From the IMG/VR virus record IMGVR_UViG_2529293246_000005: a stretch of DNA of 9,251 nt; one strand, 5' to 3'. Below are positions 7,487 to 9,251 of this stretch, piece by piece. The notes under the pieces are model-generated. The model did not search any database. It was not told the origin of the DNA and saw only the letters and a program-made list of their open reading frames with translations. This stretch comes from a virus (taxonomy: Duplodnaviria > Heunggongvirae > Uroviricota > Caudoviricetes). Each line of letters begins with the position of its first letter. Position 1 is the stretch's first letter. The translations under genes and the position numbers were made by a program.

Positions 7487-8518
7487 ATGGCAGTACGAAA
7501 ACTCACCACAGGAAAATGGCTTTGCGAATGTTACCCCGCCGGACGTAGTGGGCGTCGTGTGCGTAAACAATTCGCCACCAAAGGCGAAGCACTGGCTTTT
7601 GAGCGTCACACGATGGAAGAAACCGAAGCAAAGCCCTGGCTGGGCGAATCAGTAGATCGTCGAACCCTGAAAGACGTGGTTGAGCTATGGTTCAAACTAC
7701 ATGGTAAATCTCTGACTGCTGGGCAGCATGTCTATGACAAATTGCTGCTGATGGTTGACGCTCTGGGCAATCCCCTTGCAACCGATCTCACATCTAAAAT
7801 GTTTGCCCATTATCGAGATAAACGACTGACAGGTGAGATCTACTTCAGCGAGAAATGGAAGAAAGGGGCCAGCCCGGTCACCATTAACCTGGAGCAAAGC
7901 TATCTAAGTAGTGTTTTTAGCGAACTATCCCGCCTGGGCGAATGGTCGTATCCAAACCCACTGGAGAACATGCGAAAATTCACCATCGCAGAAAAAGAGA
8001 TGGCATGGCTTACCCATGAGCAGATTGTTGAACTGCTGGATGATTGCAAACGTCAGGACCCAATTCTGGCACTGGTAGTCAAGATATGCTTAAGCACAGG
8101 CGCACGCTGGCGAGAAGCAATAAACCTTACCCGATCACAGGTGACCAAATACCGAATTACCTTTGTAAGAACGAAGGGGAAGAAAAACAGAAGCATCCCT
8201 ATCAGTAAAGAGCTTTATGAAGAGATCATGGCGCTTGATGGGTTCAATTTCTTCACAGACTGCTATTTTCAATTTTTATCCGTGATGGAAAAAACGTCTA
8301 TCGTGCTCCCTCGCGGTCAACTTACACACGTTCTGCGTCATACGTTTGCGGCGCATTTCATGATGTCGGGTGGAAACATCCTTGCTTTGCAAAAAATCCT
8401 CGGACATCACGACATTAAAATGACTATGCGTTATGCTCATCTATCACCTGATCACTTAGAGACAGCTCTTCGTTTCAATCCACTAGCAACTTTGGATGTT
8501 ACTAAATCAGATTCTTAA
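7487..8518 (+). CDS. int: Tyrosine site-specific integrase (P2/186 Int family)
   Basis: Translation from MAVRKLTTGKWLCECYPAGRSGRRVRKQF resembles P2 Int. Catalytic signature present: STGARWREA (Arg), HVLRHTFA (H-x-x-R), MRYAHL (Tyr nucleophile). Start at ATG 7487 with a GGAGGG SD; the ORF track's start at 7409 is an upstream extension. Confidence 0.9.
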   Translation: MAVRKLTTGKWLCECYPAGRSGRRVRKQFATKGEALAFERHTMEETEAKPWLGESVDRRTLKDVVELWFKLHGKSLTAGQHVYDKLLLMVDALGNPLATDLTSKMFAHYRDKRLTGEIYFSEKWKKGASPVTINLEQSYLSSVFSELSRLGEWSYPNPLENMRKFTIAEKEMAWLTHEQIVELLDDCKRQDPILALVVKICLSTGARWREAINLTRSQVTKYRITFVRTKGKKNRSIPISKELYEEIMALDGFNFFTDCYFQFLSVMEKTSIVLPRGQLTHVLRHTFAAHFMMSGGNILALQKILGHHDIKMTMRYAHLSPDHLETALRFNPLATLDVTKSDS

Positions 8519-8528
8519 AGGTTCAAGC

Positions 8529-9251
8529 ATGGTTAAGTTTTTGTTTCAATTCCCAATATTCGACTTCTCCTTAACATTTGATATTATCGAGACGTTAATC
8601 ACTCATAGCGAATCATCAATCGCTAAGGGCATAGCAGAATATAAAGACAAAGGACCTGAAGAATATATAATTGAAATATCTCCGGAAGATGGTGTATATC
8701 AGTCAATTGATCATTACATGGGACTCACCAGCTCATCGCTAGATCTCGATGAAATGTTTTTAGAATACTACCCAAGTATTATCCGCAGGTCAGTATTCTT
8801 AACTATATTCGGAATTTTTGAGCACGAAATAGAAAAATTCTGTAACAACTTTGCTAATAGACATCATTCTCCTATAAATGTTTCAGATCTCAAAGGAAGT
8901 GGATTTGAGAGGAGCCATCTATTTATCAAAAAAATGATAGGGATGAAGTCAACATCCCACTATTCGAATATCAAAAAAATAACAAAATTAAGAAACAGTT
9001 GTGCGCATAATGATGCAAAATACTTAGAAAACGATGGGCAAAATATTAAAAGCATTATTGAACTTATAGAAAAATATCCTGATTTTTTTAAAAAAGATGG
9101 AAAACAGGTCCTATTTATGGGGGGCTCGTTAAGCATGATCTTGAACTCATTCAAAGAGTATCTTTCTGATGTTGAAAGAGCCTTAGATGAATTCGAAAAA
9201 CAAAGCACTAGTGGCGACAAAGTGGCGGCAGCGGTTGGCATTACCCCGTAA
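8529..9251 (+). CDS. Hypothetical protein with an HEPN-like R-x4-H motif (candidate RNase toxin / abortive-infection-type cargo); function unverified
   Basis: 240-aa AT-rich ORF beginning 10 nt after the int stop on the same strand; AAGG SD-like element upstream of ATG 8529. Motif K-L-R-N-S-C-A-H at nt 8985-9008 (Arg codon 8991-8993, His codon 9006-9008). Sequence looks predominantly helical. I do not recognise it as any characterised protein. Confidence 0.55.
   Translation: MVKFLFQFPIFDFSLTFDIIETLITHSESSIAKGIAEYKDKGPEEYIIEISPEDGVYQSIDHYMGLTSSSLDLDEMFLEYYPSIIRRSVFLTIFGIFEHEIEKFCNNFANRHHSPINVSDLKGSGFERSHLFIKKMIGMKSTSHYSNIKKITKLRNSCAHNDAKYLENDGQNIKSIIELIEKYPDFFKKDGKQVLFMGGSLSMILNSFKEYLSDVERALDEFEKQSTSGDKVAAAVGITP

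Larger units (their letters stand above)
2780..8518. mobile_element. Degraded 186/P2-like prophage remnant (late-gene tail end plus immunity/integration module; internal deletion); right boundary unresolved and may extend past 8518
   Basis: Gene content and order match a Peduovirus prophage with the middle deleted: ogr-D-U-(T remnant) on the minus strand and apl/cII divergent from cI-int on the plus strand. The left boundary lies between the ybjL terminator (2779) and the ogr stop (2856). The right att site was not identified. Confidence 0.8.

Noticed and set aside
7395-7655. Upstream-extended integrase start (7409) and alternate-frame 86-aa ORF (7395-7655)
   Set aside because: Int-family homology begins at MAVRKL (ATG 7487), which has a GGAGGG SD. 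The 26-codon extension has no homology support and the 86-aa ORF is out of frame with int.
8496-8528. Longer start (ATG 8496) for the HEPN-like ORF, overlapping the int 3' end
   Set aside because: No SD upstream of 8496, whereas ATG 8529 has an AAGG element at suitable spacing and avoids overlap with int. The longer start cannot be fully excluded.
7427-9241. Minus-strand ORFs 7427-7609, 7697-7897 and 8960-9241
   Set aside because: Antisense to int and to the HEPN-like ORF, with no independent support.

Overview
The window opens with a conserved E. coli-type core block: grxA (glutaredoxin 1), ybjM (convergent, minus strand) and ybjL (AAE-family transporter with two RCK_C domains). Immediately after the ybjL terminator lies a degraded 186/P2-like (Peduovirus-type) prophage remnant. 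On the minus strand it keeps a late-gene tail end: ogr/B-like zinc-finger late activator, gpD, gpU, and a chimeric ORF whose N-terminus is phage 186 CII-like and whose C-terminus is tail tape-measure (gpT)-like. This chimera marks a large internal deletion that removed replication, lysis, head and most tail genes. On the plus strand the lysogeny module is intact: an Apl/Cox-like gene divergent from a 186-type cI repressor, then a small cysteine-rich secreted ORF, a tyrosine integrase, and an AT-rich 240-aa ORF carrying an R-N-x-x-A-H (HEPN-like) motif. That last ORF, closely spaced after int, is the best candidate for an uncharacterised defence or toxin cargo gene. No rRNA, tRNA or CRISPR array was seen. 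All homology calls rest on recalled protein families and on reading the translations; no database search was run.
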